64,000 bases of DNA, from assembly GCA_945878555.1 (NCBI GenBank), contig CAMDWI010000003.1, positions 148,287 to 212,286 of the forward strand. The letters run 5' to 3'. The stretch is from Klebsiella pneumoniae (GTDB taxonomy: Bacteria; Pseudomonadota; Gammaproteobacteria; Eutrophobiales; Eutrophobiaceae). The notes under the pieces were generated by a model. That model ran no database searches, was not told where the DNA came from, and worked only from the letters and a program-made list of their open reading frames with translations. Shown piece by piece: positions 30,725 to 40,692 of this stretch. Position 1 is the stretch's first letter; each line of letters starts with the position of its first letter. The translations under genes were made by a program, and so were the position numbers.

Positions 30725-31693
30725 CTATAACCAGCCCGATTTCCTGAAGCGGTAATAAAGAAAACCACAAATAGACGCAACAGTTCCCATCGCCAGTAGA
30801 TAGCCGTACTTCCATGTCAGCTCAGGCATGTAGTCGAAGTTCATCCCCCAGATACCGAAAAAGGCAGTGGCAACGGCGAAGATGGCCGCCCAGGCCGCCA
30901 GTCGTTTGGTGACCAGACTTTCCTCAATGGCCACCAGCGATATATTCGCCTGCATTGCCATGCTGATGGTGTCTCTGATAGTGTCGATTGTCGTGTTGAT
31001 ACGATACAGATGATCGTATACGTCCCGGAAGTATTCCTGGGTGTTAATACAGATCTCCGGCACGCGACCTCCGTACAGTTTGCCTATCGATTCCAGCATC
31101 GGCTGCACCGCATGTTTCAGTACTATCACCTTTTGTTTCAGTTTGTAGAGTCGTTGTATATTCGTGAGTGCAGCCGAGGTGCCGAAGATTTGTTCCTCGA
31201 TCTGCTCAAGTTCGGACTCAAGCACATCCAGCACCGGGAAGTAGCGATCCACCACCGCATCCATCAACGCGTAGTAGACGAAGCTTGGCCCCTGCTCCAG
31301 TAATCGGGGTTCGCGTTCACAACGTTCGCGTACACTCCGGAATCCCTGCCGGGTACGATTGCGGACCGAAAGCACATAATTTTCACCCACGAAAATGTTC
31401 AGTTCACCGAGACTGACCTCTTCACCGTTCAGCTCAATGATGTGCAACACCGAGAACAGCGAGTCAGCATATTCCTCAATCTTGGGACGCTGGTGACCAT
31501 GACGTGCATCTTCGACGGCGAGTTCATGCAACTCAAACTCATGTTGCATCTCGGTCAGCTCGTCCGGTGTCGCATCCTGCAGTGCTACCCATACAAAACA
31601 ACCCGGGCGTTTCAGGTAATCGCTGATAGCCTCAACTGCAATAGTGCTCAGTCTTTTGCCATGTTCATAGGCCACACAGTTAATCAGCATCAA
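30725..31693 (-). CDS. corA: Magnesium/cobalt transporter CorA
   Basis: GMNF motif in GIWGMNFDYMPEL, with two C-terminal TM helices. Confidence 0.9.
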   Translation of the reverse strand: MMLINCVAYEHGKRLSTIAVEAISDYLKRPGCFVWVALQDATPDELTEMQHEFELHELAVEDARHGHQRPKIEEYADSLFSVLHIIELNGEEVSLGELNIFVGENYVLSVRNRTRQGFRSVRERCEREPRLLEQGPSFVYYALMDAVVDRYFPVLDVLESELEQIEEQIFGTSAALTNIQRLYKLKQKVIVLKHAVQPMLESIGKLYGGRVPEICINTQEYFRDVYDHLYRINTTIDTIRDTISMAMQANISLVAIEESLVTKRLAAWAAIFAVATAFFGIWGMNFDYMPELTWKYGYLLAMGTVASICGFLYYRFRKSGWL

Positions 31694-31735
31694 TATTCCT
31701 CAACAGGTAGTTCCGGTCTGATTGCATAGACATAT

Positions 31736-33949
31736 CTAGAACCGGAAGGTGTAGCCCAGTTTGATGGTCACATCATTCAGTTCTGACCGGAAGGCATTGT
31801 CCCGATCCCGATCCTCCAGACTGTGGTTAAGCACGATCAATGCCTCCTGGCCTGCTGTGGGAATCCATACCAGACGTGCATTGATACCAACCACTTCGGA
31901 GACGTTGTCGTACTGTAACAGGTTGACCCAGTACAGTGTCGGGGTGAAGTTGACCTCGGTCGTCAGCGTGGCCAGATGAGTAACAAAATCCCCCTGTGGC
32001 AGGCTGATGTCATTGCGTTCATAGGCAACTGACAATTCCAGGAAACGTGATTGCCTCCACACCAGTTCTGCTCCCAGATTCACCCGATCGCCATCATAGA
32101 AGTCACCATGACCCAACGTGAGTATGCCCGCGAGGTCACGCTGCGTTGCCGTGGTAATGCTCAGGATCTTTTCGCCGAAACTGTAATTCCCGACCGGGAT
32201 AATGATCTCGCCGTCATTGTCTTCATAAATGGTAAAAGGTTCAGTTACATTTTCCCGGGTTGCACTGTAGTGCACACTGAGTTGGTCGCGGGAGTTGGTT
32301 TCGAGCTCAGCCAGTCGTGCAAGCAGGATCTGTGATTGTAATCCGCCACCCAGTGTATCGATCCGCTCTGCATCAACACCTGAAAATACGGACTGTAAAA
32401 AGCCACCCTTCAGAAAATGGGTGTAACCCACATCGGCGGTATTTGATCGGATATCCGCGCGGTTGACATAACCCAGGGCAGGTCTGAAATTCGCCTGTAT
32501 CTGCTTGTAGCCTATACCGCCACGCCACCCGGTATTGTTTGGCATGCTGATGCCCATGCCAAAAGCGGCATCATCCCCGTTGATACCCTCGGTGTCGGAT
32601 TGCTGATACCAGCCGTCTGCCTCCAGCACACGACCGCCCGGAAATCGGGTATTCAGATAGCGGAAGTCCGCACCGGCAACCGCATTTGACAGGTTGGAGT
32701 TCGGATCGCCGGAGGTCATGATCATGCCCACGGTTGACTCGTCGAGCACATTTGCAGACAACCGCCCGACCATCACATTACTTTTATCTACCGTTTCAAA
32801 CGCGTCCTGACGCATGGCCAACAGTCCGATATTCCAGCGCCCGGCCCGCCCGCTCAGCTTGGCTCCGGCCTCAAGATCGACCGGTTTACCGCTACGACTC
32901 AATCCGAGTCGCCGGGAAAAAAACGGCCGCCCATTGTTTTCGCTAGACCCGGATGTGGCGGTATTACCAACCGTACCTATCCTGCCGAACTCAAACAGGT
33001 CGGAATCATTCAGAAAGAAGTCACGTTTCTCGGGAAAGAACAGCCCGAAGCGTGACAGATTGACCTGACGGTCATCCACCTCGGTCGCAGAAAAATCCGT
33101 ATTCAACGTCAGCGAGGCGTTCAGCGAGGGTGTAACCCGGTAGAACACATCCAGTGACGGGTCCACATTAATGTCGGTGTCATCGGGGTTATACGTCTTC
33201 TGGTGGTTCAGCGAGACCGAGCTGACAATATCAAGACCCAGACCCTGGTCCATACCGGTCAGGCCGGTGGCGGTGCCAAGGATGCTGGCATTATAGCTGC
33301 GGTTGCGGGAAACCCAGGCGATCTCCTCTCCACGACGGCGTATGCCCCGTCCAAAATTGAAACCCCAGCTGTCCTTGGACGGGTCGAACGACAGTGATTT
33401 GAACGGTATCGCCATCTCCATCGACCAGCCCTTGTCGAACGTATAGGCGGCCGACTCGTAAATGGCTGTCCAGGCGGCCTCAAACGAGCTCACGCTGTCA
33501 TACAGGGCATCGTGGCGTACGCCATTGGCATTGGTTTCGAACCGGTACGCGCCGCGTCCGGAATGGAACGGATCCAGAATCACGACGATACGGTCATCCC
33601 GTCCCAGCCCCTGGTTATGACGCATGGTCGGGGCCGCAATCCGCTCAGGTTCACTGTCATACATGCGTGCACCGATATACAGGGTATTATCGTCATACAG
33701 CAGGTACACCTCCGTCGGATCAGACGGTTCTGTTCCGTTACCTGGCCGGGTCTGGTGAAAATCGGTAATCACCTCTGCCTGTTCCCATAACGCCTCGTCA
33801 AGCTTGCCGTCAATTACCGGAATCGAATCGACCCTGATCACACGTACCGTCTTGCTGGTCTCTTCAGCTGGAGGTTGCTGCGCCTGTACCACTCCAGTGG
33901 CAAACACAAAGGTCAGGCAAAGCGATACACAAATCAACTGCAGGCGCAT
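31736..33949 (-). CDS. DUF5916-family secreted or outer-membrane protein with an N-terminal carbohydrate-binding (CBM9-like) region
   Basis: A signal peptide and 737 aa. The C-terminus ends in an aromatic residue and alternating beta-strand patterns run through the sequence. Confidence 0.55.
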   Translation of the reverse strand: MRLQLICVSLCLTFVFATGVVQAQQPPAEETSKTVRVIRVDSIPVIDGKLDEALWEQAEVITDFHQTRPGNGTEPSDPTEVYLLYDDNTLYIGARMYDSEPERIAAPTMRHNQGLGRDDRIVVILDPFHSGRGAYRFETNANGVRHDALYDSVSSFEAAWTAIYESAAYTFDKGWSMEMAIPFKSLSFDPSKDSWGFNFGRGIRRRGEEIAWVSRNRSYNASILGTATGLTGMDQGLGLDIVSSVSLNHQKTYNPDDTDINVDPSLDVFYRVTPSLNASLTLNTDFSATEVDDRQVNLSRFGLFFPEKRDFFLNDSDLFEFGRIGTVGNTATSGSSENNGRPFFSRRLGLSRSGKPVDLEAGAKLSGRAGRWNIGLLAMRQDAFETVDKSNVMVGRLSANVLDESTVGMIMTSGDPNSNLSNAVAGADFRYLNTRFPGGRVLEADGWYQQSDTEGINGDDAAFGMGISMPNNTGWRGGIGYKQIQANFRPALGYVNRADIRSNTADVGYTHFLKGGFLQSVFSGVDAERIDTLGGGLQSQILLARLAELETNSRDQLSVHYSATRENVTEPFTIYEDNDGEIIIPVGNYSFGEKILSITTATQRDLAGILTLGHGDFYDGDRVNLGAELVWRQSRFLELSVAYERNDISLPQGDFVTHLATLTTEVNFTPTLYWVNLLQYDNVSEVVGINARLVWIPTAGQEALIVLNHSLEDRDRDNAFRSELNDVTIKLGYTFRF

Positions 33950-34212
33950 GAATACGGGTTCCAGAATTATGGGAAACGAGCTTTATTATTACACTAACCA
34001 CAACAGACTGTCGCCGGGACGTACAGAAATTAGTAAAGATCGGTCTCGTCCGGTAAAATGAAGTTGTCATGTGCAACCTGGCCGGTTATACCAACCCGCA
34101 GGCGGCGCCCTGAAAAACAAGAATAAATAAACAACGAACCCGGTCATGCCCATGTCTGTCCTTATCTACGATCACAACTCGCGCCAGCGCCTTTTTCCCG
34201 TGTGCTTTCATC

Positions 34213-35079
34213 ATGGGTAATATAATTGCCACGATAGGCCGTTATCAGCTCGACGCCAGACTGGGCGAAGGCGCCTCCGGCGTGGTGTATCGTGCCTACG
34301 ACCCGGTGATGGACCGTGTCGTGGCCATAAAATCGGCACGTACCGACACGCTGTCACCTGAGCAAATCCGGGAAGTCATCGCCGAATATCACCATGAGGC
34401 GAAGGTGGCAGGTAAATATGCCCATGAAAATATTGTCACGATTTACGATGTGATCACGCATGAAGGACTGGACCATATTGTCATGGAATATGTGCCAGGC
34501 AGGTCAGTGCATGACTATATGAAGGCAACCGGACCGCTGGATCTGGATGAGGCGCTGTCGATTACCTACAAATGTTGTGTCGCACTTGCCTATATCCATC
34601 ATCACGGGGTCATCCATCGCGACATCAAGCCGGGCAATATCATGTACCACCCGGCGCAAGGTCTGGTCAAACTGATGGACTTTAGCGTCGCCCACAATAT
34701 CGAGGACCCGCCGTTACGTGATACCGGTACGATAGCGTATATGGCACCGGAGCATTTCGACCCGAAGCGCAGGATATCATTGCTGACCGACATCTTTGCA
34801 CTGGGTGCCACGCTGTATCGTATCCTGACCGGCAAATATCCGTTTACGAACAAGAATACGGCCTGGCAGATCCTGCATGACGCACCGGTGCCGATTACTG
34901 ATCTGCGTCCCGGAATTCCACCGGAGGTAGTTGTTATTATCGACAAGGCGATGGCAAAGTCTGATGCAGATCGTTACCAGTCCGCCGCGGAATTTGCCTC
35001 GGCGATTAAACAGGTCATTCTGAAACTGTATCCGGATTCAAACCTGCTCACTTCGTCGGTGAACTATCTCACACCGTAG
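34213..35079 (+). CDS. Hanks-type serine/threonine protein kinase consisting of the kinase domain only
   Basis: Gly loop LGEGASGVVY, VAIK lysine, catalytic loop HRDIKPGN, DFS in place of DFG, and the APE motif. Confidence 0.8.
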   Translation: MGNIIATIGRYQLDARLGEGASGVVYRAYDPVMDRVVAIKSARTDTLSPEQIREVIAEYHHEAKVAGKYAHENIVTIYDVITHEGLDHIVMEYVPGRSVHDYMKATGPLDLDEALSITYKCCVALAYIHHHGVIHRDIKPGNIMYHPAQGLVKLMDFSVAHNIEDPPLRDTGTIAYMAPEHFDPKRRISLLTDIFALGATLYRILTGKYPFTNKNTAWQILHDAPVPITDLRPGIPPEVVVIIDKAMAKSDADRYQSAAEFASAIKQVILKLYPDSNLLTSSVNYLTP

Positions 35080-35090
35080 GACACCCGGGA

Positions 35091-37223
35091 TCAGAAATTC
35101 CCGCTAACGGAAAGTACCAGTCGTCGACCGAGCTGGCGATAGTTCAACAAGCGAAAGTCAGTCGGTGACAGATCACGTAAACCGGTAAAAACAGTGCGGT
35201 CACGTTCCTGCTTGTCGTCTGTTATGTTGATCGCATCGAACCGAATCTTGAGATCAAACCACCGCGTAGTCTCAATAAAGGCATCAATGGCTATATCTTC
35301 CTGGTATATGTCCAGTTCGTTCACCCGATACAACGGCCGTTTGTCGCGTTCCGCGACGGTCCAGCCCCAGGCCACACGGGCCGCTTCCAGATCCTGCCGG
35401 TAATCAACGCCCACAAAATAGCGATTGTTTCTGTTGCGATTTGTCAGTGTCCGGTAGGCAGTCTGGCCGCTCTCGCCCGAGAGTATCCTGTCAATACCGG
35501 TGACAGGGTCTTCCACCCGGGAGTCCTGCCAGCGCAGCCGCAGGTTCAGTTTTGCGCCTTGCAGTCCGGTCCACTCCAGCGGTGCGGTACCTTCAAATTC
35601 CATGCCCCAGCGTCTGCCGTCACCGATATTACCAGGCGCTTCAAAGTTTTCAGATAAAGGTAACAAATCCAGTACGCCACTGATCCAGTTATAAAAAGAC
35701 GTGATCTTGATAACACTGATAGCATCAAAGCGGCGTTCATATCCGAGCTCTGCCGCCCATGTCGTTTCCGGACGCAGGTCCGGATTGCCAAGCGCGAGGT
35801 CATCATCCTCAAACACCGTTGCGCTGACAAAGTCAGTCAGTGTCAGTTGTGAGACCTCACGTGACAGGCGCATTCGCATCTGCTCGTCCTGATCAGAGGA
35901 GTAGGTCAGTGAGGCATGGGGTTTCAGGAACTGAAAGTCACGCTTGTTTGCTGCATCACCTGACTGGGTAACCTCTGATACTTCCAGGCCCATTCCATAG
36001 GCGAGTTCGAACCGGCCCAACGTCCAGGTGTCATCGAGCAGAAAATCGCCGCGCAATTCCTTGACCCGCGAATTGGCGCCCGGCACCACGACTGTTATCG
36101 GACCAACACCCCGGTCATCCGTCTGCAGCAGGCTACGATCAAGCACATTGTAGGCCCCTTCAAGATTGAACTGGATAACATGATTGTTCGCGCCGCTATA
36201 ATCAAATTCCAGCCGGGCAATACGTTCGCGAGCCTCTGTATCGGTATCGGCCAGTCTGAGCAGCGTCTGTCCGAGCAGTGATGTGGTGTTTGTTCTGGTT
36301 GAGGACTCATCCTGGTTATTGTTCATAAGCAAAAAGATCACTTTCCCGACCAGGCCCGGAGTCAATTTGCGTTCAGCATCCACGCCCAGTTCAAACCGGT
36401 CACTCAGCCGGTCGGTTCTGATCAAGACATCTTCTCTTGTACCTGTAAGCAGGTCGGTCCTGAATGATGGGCGCAGGTACAATGAATCGATCATACTGAA
36501 TTTGGTGTTCAGATGGGTGGAGGTCGCACCGATCATGCTGGCAGCATTCAGTGTTATTCCATTTATTTGATATCCCGATTCAGTACTGCTCTCGCCTCCC
36601 CGCGTCGTTTGTGTCCCCGCCCCGTTGAATTGTTCTTCGGTGCCAAAGTATCCACTGGTATTGCGTTCCATGTCGATACCGGTGTTATAGTCTATGCCGT
36701 TCCAGTTATTGGAAATGGAGATACTACCGGCCGGCTTGATAGACGCACGGTTATTATGTTCGATGTAGGACTTCCAGCTGATTGCGGCCTCCTCTTCCTG
36801 GCGCAGATAGATATTGGCGACCACGGACTGTCCTTGCAGGTCTATACCGCCGTCCTGTCCACGCACCAGTTGTATCCGTTCTACCTGACTGGCAGGGATG
36901 CGTGCCAGTGTGGCCGAGGGCAGATCCTGTTTCGCACTGAGGCGTCGATCGTTGATCAGGATATTACCAACGGCCGCCGCAAAACCGCGGTTGTCTGTGC
37001 CGTCATCCAGCTGAAACCCCGGTAATTGCATCACCATATCAAGCGCAGTGTTCGGTCGATAACGATCAAAAAATGACGCCGGATACTCGACGACCTGTGC
37101 AGAAGCAGTGTCTATGGTACCGGTCGGTTGGGCATACAGGCGGCCGGACAGCGCCATGAAACACAGACTACTGATGACCACTGATTTAAAAACGCACAAC
37201 ATTTGATCCATGTTTCGCTCCAT
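35091..37223 (-). CDS. TonB-dependent outer membrane receptor
   Basis: A signal peptide, a plug domain, a long beta-barrel and a C-terminal Phe. Confidence 0.85.
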   Translation of the reverse strand: MERNMDQMLCVFKSVVISSLCFMALSGRLYAQPTGTIDTASAQVVEYPASFFDRYRPNTALDMVMQLPGFQLDDGTDNRGFAAAVGNILINDRRLSAKQDLPSATLARIPASQVERIQLVRGQDGGIDLQGQSVVANIYLRQEEEAAISWKSYIEHNNRASIKPAGSISISNNWNGIDYNTGIDMERNTSGYFGTEEQFNGAGTQTTRGGESSTESGYQINGITLNAASMIGATSTHLNTKFSMIDSLYLRPSFRTDLLTGTREDVLIRTDRLSDRFELGVDAERKLTPGLVGKVIFLLMNNNQDESSTRTNTTSLLGQTLLRLADTDTEARERIARLEFDYSGANNHVIQFNLEGAYNVLDRSLLQTDDRGVGPITVVVPGANSRVKELRGDFLLDDTWTLGRFELAYGMGLEVSEVTQSGDAANKRDFQFLKPHASLTYSSDQDEQMRMRLSREVSQLTLTDFVSATVFEDDDLALGNPDLRPETTWAAELGYERRFDAISVIKITSFYNWISGVLDLLPLSENFEAPGNIGDGRRWGMEFEGTAPLEWTGLQGAKLNLRLRWQDSRVEDPVTGIDRILSGESGQTAYRTLTNRNRNNRYFVGVDYRQDLEAARVAWGWTVAERDKRPLYRVNELDIYQEDIAIDAFIETTRWFDLKIRFDAINITDDKQERDRTVFTGLRDLSPTDFRLLNYRQLGRRLVLSVSGNF

Positions 37224-37252
37224 ATATGGTGAGGCTGGTGATAAGCCCGTAT

Positions 37253-38596
37253 TCAGCCGACCGTAATCGCTTCAAGTTTGCGTCGACCCAGCCGTTCTGC
37301 GCCAGTTGTGGTTATGACCACACCATCGCCTATCTGTGTACTCGGCGTGTCGAGGCCAGGGATAGGTACGCGTGGCTTGATAGTGAAGACCATGCCAGGT
37401 TCGATTACCAGATCACTGTTCTCATCATGTCTGCCCCAGCCCATCCTTGGGCCGTCGCCCAGTGCGCCACCGGTATGAAATACTACCCCGGTGTAAGGCT
37501 TGCCGCCGAACTGGGCCATGCGTTTGTCGACTTCCTGTTTGTAAAAGATGCTGTAGTCAGCAAATGTCCTGCCCGGTTTGGCCCAGTCGAGCAGTGCCTC
37601 GAACAACTCAATATTGTAATTGAACGTGGATTCCCAGTTTGCAGGTGCAGGTCTGCCGACACAGATGGTCTGGTTGACCTGGCAATTATAACCCAGCACG
37701 GATGCTGACAGCGTTTCACTCAGGATTTGCCCTGCTTGTATCACTTCATTTAACGGTTTGCCATCCGCCGTATTGCCCTCTGCCCCGGCCCGGATGGTGA
37801 TACGTCCGGGAGATTCGCCGGAGGCGTCAAGATAGGCCTGTGCGATTCGGAACCACACATCACGCTGGAGCACCCCGGGTGCGGCAGACTCGACCGAGGC
37901 CTTGATGCCGAGCTCACCTATGCGTGTCGACAGTCGCAGTGCCTCGATTTCTTCCGGCCCGCGTGCCAGCTTGACCCGCATCAACAGGTCCGCCGCCGAG
38001 GCAAACGTCGCCTTTGGCAGTGCAGTCTTCAATCGATCAATCGTGGTGTAGCTGACACCACCCTCATCATAACGCAACGTCCCTGCCAGATGGCCAACTC
38101 CAATGCGGCCTTCAGCAAGCCCGGCCTGTCTCAGGCTGTCAATTATCAGCGCGGAACGGTTTAACAGACTGGTGCGGATTTCCATTTCACCTAGCATGAA
38201 TTGTTCAAAGACCTTGTCCTGATCTCCTTCGCGGAAGATCGCCGTTGGTTTACCTTCCAGCGGGAAAACGACCCAGTCCGGGATACCCTCGGTCAGCCAT
38301 TTTATATCACCGTTACCCTCCGGCATTGTTGGTACGATCAGCGCATCAAATCCGGCGCGTTGCATCCATTCACGGCATTTTTTCCAGCGCCGCTGGATTT
38401 CAGCCATTGAAAATGATTTGGGCATCGCGCTCGCGATCAGCTCCTCCGAGCCCGGGATCTCCAGGATGTTGCGCGGGGTGGTCTGCTGAGCATGGACAGT
38501 GCTTGCGCCGACCTGCAACAACAGACCGGTTGATGCGACAGTCGATTTCAACAAGGCACGCCGGCTGACACCCGCAGTGTATTTTGTGTGTGACAT
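37253..38596 (-). CDS. Tat-exported M24-family metallopeptidase (creatinase/prolidase-like)
   Basis: Tat motif SRRALLKS in the signal peptide and an M24 pita-bread C-terminal domain. The start is set at the Met that follows a G7 ribosome-binding tract. Confidence 0.7.
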   Translation of the reverse strand: MSHTKYTAGVSRRALLKSTVASTGLLLQVGASTVHAQQTTPRNILEIPGSEELIASAMPKSFSMAEIQRRWKKCREWMQRAGFDALIVPTMPEGNGDIKWLTEGIPDWVVFPLEGKPTAIFREGDQDKVFEQFMLGEMEIRTSLLNRSALIIDSLRQAGLAEGRIGVGHLAGTLRYDEGGVSYTTIDRLKTALPKATFASAADLLMRVKLARGPEEIEALRLSTRIGELGIKASVESAAPGVLQRDVWFRIAQAYLDASGESPGRITIRAGAEGNTADGKPLNEVIQAGQILSETLSASVLGYNCQVNQTICVGRPAPANWESTFNYNIELFEALLDWAKPGRTFADYSIFYKQEVDKRMAQFGGKPYTGVVFHTGGALGDGPRMGWGRHDENSDLVIEPGMVFTIKPRVPIPGLDTPSTQIGDGVVITTTGAERLGRRKLEAITVG

Positions 38597-38792
38597 AGAT
38601 CCCCCCCGGGACATTAGTCCAGTTTTAAACAGGATGTGATAAGTACAGGTAAAATTCCAGATCAGAGAATACGCCATGTAGTGTTTGCTCTACCAGAAGT
38701 TTTCAGATTGAATACTAACAGGGTAGAATGGCTACCAATACGGATCAGCCCGAAATCCGTCCAGATCAATACCTGACCCGGGGGGGATCAAG

Positions 38793-40631
38793 ATGAAAAA
38801 ATCCACATACCTGTCTGCAATCTGCGCTCTTGCTTTTGTCTTGATGTCCGGTTCCCTGTATGCCCAGCAGGACGGTGCGTCTTTGTTCGAGAATTATTGT
38901 GCCATCTGTCATGCGGCCAGCGGGGATCAACAGGCGCTCGGCCCCGAGCTTGAAGCATTACGACAGATGACACCAGAACACATACTTGATGTGATGGAAA
39001 ACGGTGCAATGAAGGCGCAGGCCGCCGAACGCAGTCGGCTACAGCGACAGCTGCTCGCCGAGTACCTGTCAGGCAAAGAATTCGGTACGGTCCTGTCCGA
39101 ACCGATCCCGCGTGCTGCTTACTGTAGCGGTAACACAACCACGTTCAGTCACGCCCCGACCGGACCGGCCTGGAATGGCTGGGGGCCCGCCACCACAAAT
39201 GCACGCTATCAAAGTGCGGACGCCGCCGGACTCGCGCCAGATCAAGTTCCGCATCTGAAACTGAAATGGGCCTTCGGTTTTCCCGGCGCCACCTCTGGCG
39301 GAACACAGCCGGTCGTCGTCGGTGGCCGATTATATGTGGCAACGGCGATGGGGGATGTCTACGCGCTGGAGGCAGACACCGGTTGTGTACACTGGTTGTT
39401 CCAGGCGGACGCCGGGGTGCGCAGTGCCATCACACTCGGCAAGGCTGAAGGTAATGACAGGTTACTCGCATTTTTTGGCGATCAGGCCGCCAATATGTAC
39501 GCACTGGACGCCGAGACAGGCAAACAGGTCTGGAAACAGAAAGTGGATACACACTCGCGCGCGATCATTACCGGGGCACCCACCTTGCACAAGGGGCGTC
39601 TGTATGTGCCGGTCTCGTCACGAGAAGAGTCACAGGTCGCCAACCCGAAATATGTGTGCTGCCAGTTCCGCGGCAGTATGGTTGCGCTGGCCGCTGCCGA
39701 TGGCAAGTTGCTGTGGAAAACCTGGACGATCGATGAAGAGGCCAAACCAATAGGCAAGAACAGCATCGGCACGCAGTTGTGGGGGCCCTCCGGTGTCCCG
39801 ATATGGAACGCGCCGACCATCGATGAAAAACGCAATGTCTTCTATATCGGTACGGGAAACAACTATTCGATACCGGCGACCGCCGCCTCGGACGCCATCA
39901 TGGCATTTGATCTGGATACAGGTGAAATCAAATGGACAAAACAGGTGGCAGAGAATGATGTCTGGAACTCCAGCTGCCGTGCCGAAGGTGATCACCCGTA
40001 TACCTGCCCGGACCGTGACGCACCAGATACCGACTTCGGCAATTCGCCTGCACTGGTGACAGTCAACGGCCGCGACCTGCTGGTGGCCGGCAACAAGCTG
40101 GGTCTGGTCTATGCGTTCGATCCGGATGACAAGGGCAATATCCTGTGGCAAACCTCCACCGGCAAGGGCATGGCCAGTGGTGGCATCATGTGGGGTACAG
40201 CAACCGATGGAAAAAATGTGTATGCAGGCAACAACTATTTTAATACGAAGGAGCCAGAAGAAACCGGCGGTGTTACCGCAATTGATCTCGTAACCGGCAA
40301 CAAGGTCTGGTCTGTGCCTGCATTGTCATGCACAGACCGCAAACGCTGCAAGCCGTCCCACGGCGCTGCTGTGACCGTCATCCCCGGTGTGGTGTTTACA
40401 GGGACAATGGACGGACGCCTGCGGGCGCTGTCAACTGTCGATGGCAAGACCCTCTGGGAGGTCGATACTGCACGCGACTATGAAACTATCAATGGCGTAA
40501 AGGCGAACGGCGGGTCGATGAGTAATGCCGGGGCAACGGTGGTGGGCGGGGTAGTGTATGTGAATTCCGGCTATTCACACCATGGTGCGATTATTCCCGG
40601 GAATGCACTACTCGCATTTACAGTGGAATAG
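38793..40631 (+). CDS. Quinohemoprotein dehydrogenase with an N-terminal heme c domain and a PQQ-type beta-propeller (PVA dehydrogenase-like)
   Basis: A signal peptide, CAICH heme c site at residues 36-40, multiple W/G propeller repeats and a vicinal Cys pair (YVCCQF). Confidence 0.65.
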   Translation: MKKSTYLSAICALAFVLMSGSLYAQQDGASLFENYCAICHAASGDQQALGPELEALRQMTPEHILDVMENGAMKAQAAERSRLQRQLLAEYLSGKEFGTVLSEPIPRAAYCSGNTTTFSHAPTGPAWNGWGPATTNARYQSADAAGLAPDQVPHLKLKWAFGFPGATSGGTQPVVVGGRLYVATAMGDVYALEADTGCVHWLFQADAGVRSAITLGKAEGNDRLLAFFGDQAANMYALDAETGKQVWKQKVDTHSRAIITGAPTLHKGRLYVPVSSREESQVANPKYVCCQFRGSMVALAAADGKLLWKTWTIDEEAKPIGKNSIGTQLWGPSGVPIWNAPTIDEKRNVFYIGTGNNYSIPATAASDAIMAFDLDTGEIKWTKQVAENDVWNSSCRAEGDHPYTCPDRDAPDTDFGNSPALVTVNGRDLLVAGNKLGLVYAFDPDDKGNILWQTSTGKGMASGGIMWGTATDGKNVYAGNNYFNTKEPEETGGVTAIDLVTGNKVWSVPALSCTDRKRCKPSHGAAVTVIPGVVFTGTMDGRLRALSTVDGKTLWEVDTARDYETINGVKANGGSMSNAGATVVGGVVYVNSGYSHHGAIIPGNALLAFTVE

Positions 40632-40692
40632 CTAGATAGCTGCTGTAACATCAGCCATCTGGCTGATACCAGATTGCAGACTGGAACAGCTA

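Noticed and set aside
36513-37025. 170-aa plus-strand ORF inside the TonB-dependent receptor gene
   Set aside because: It is antisense to a confidently assigned receptor and has no ribosome-binding site or domain features.
39630-40151. 173-aa minus-strand ORF within the quinohemoprotein gene
   Set aside because: It is antisense to a gene with clear heme and propeller motifs.
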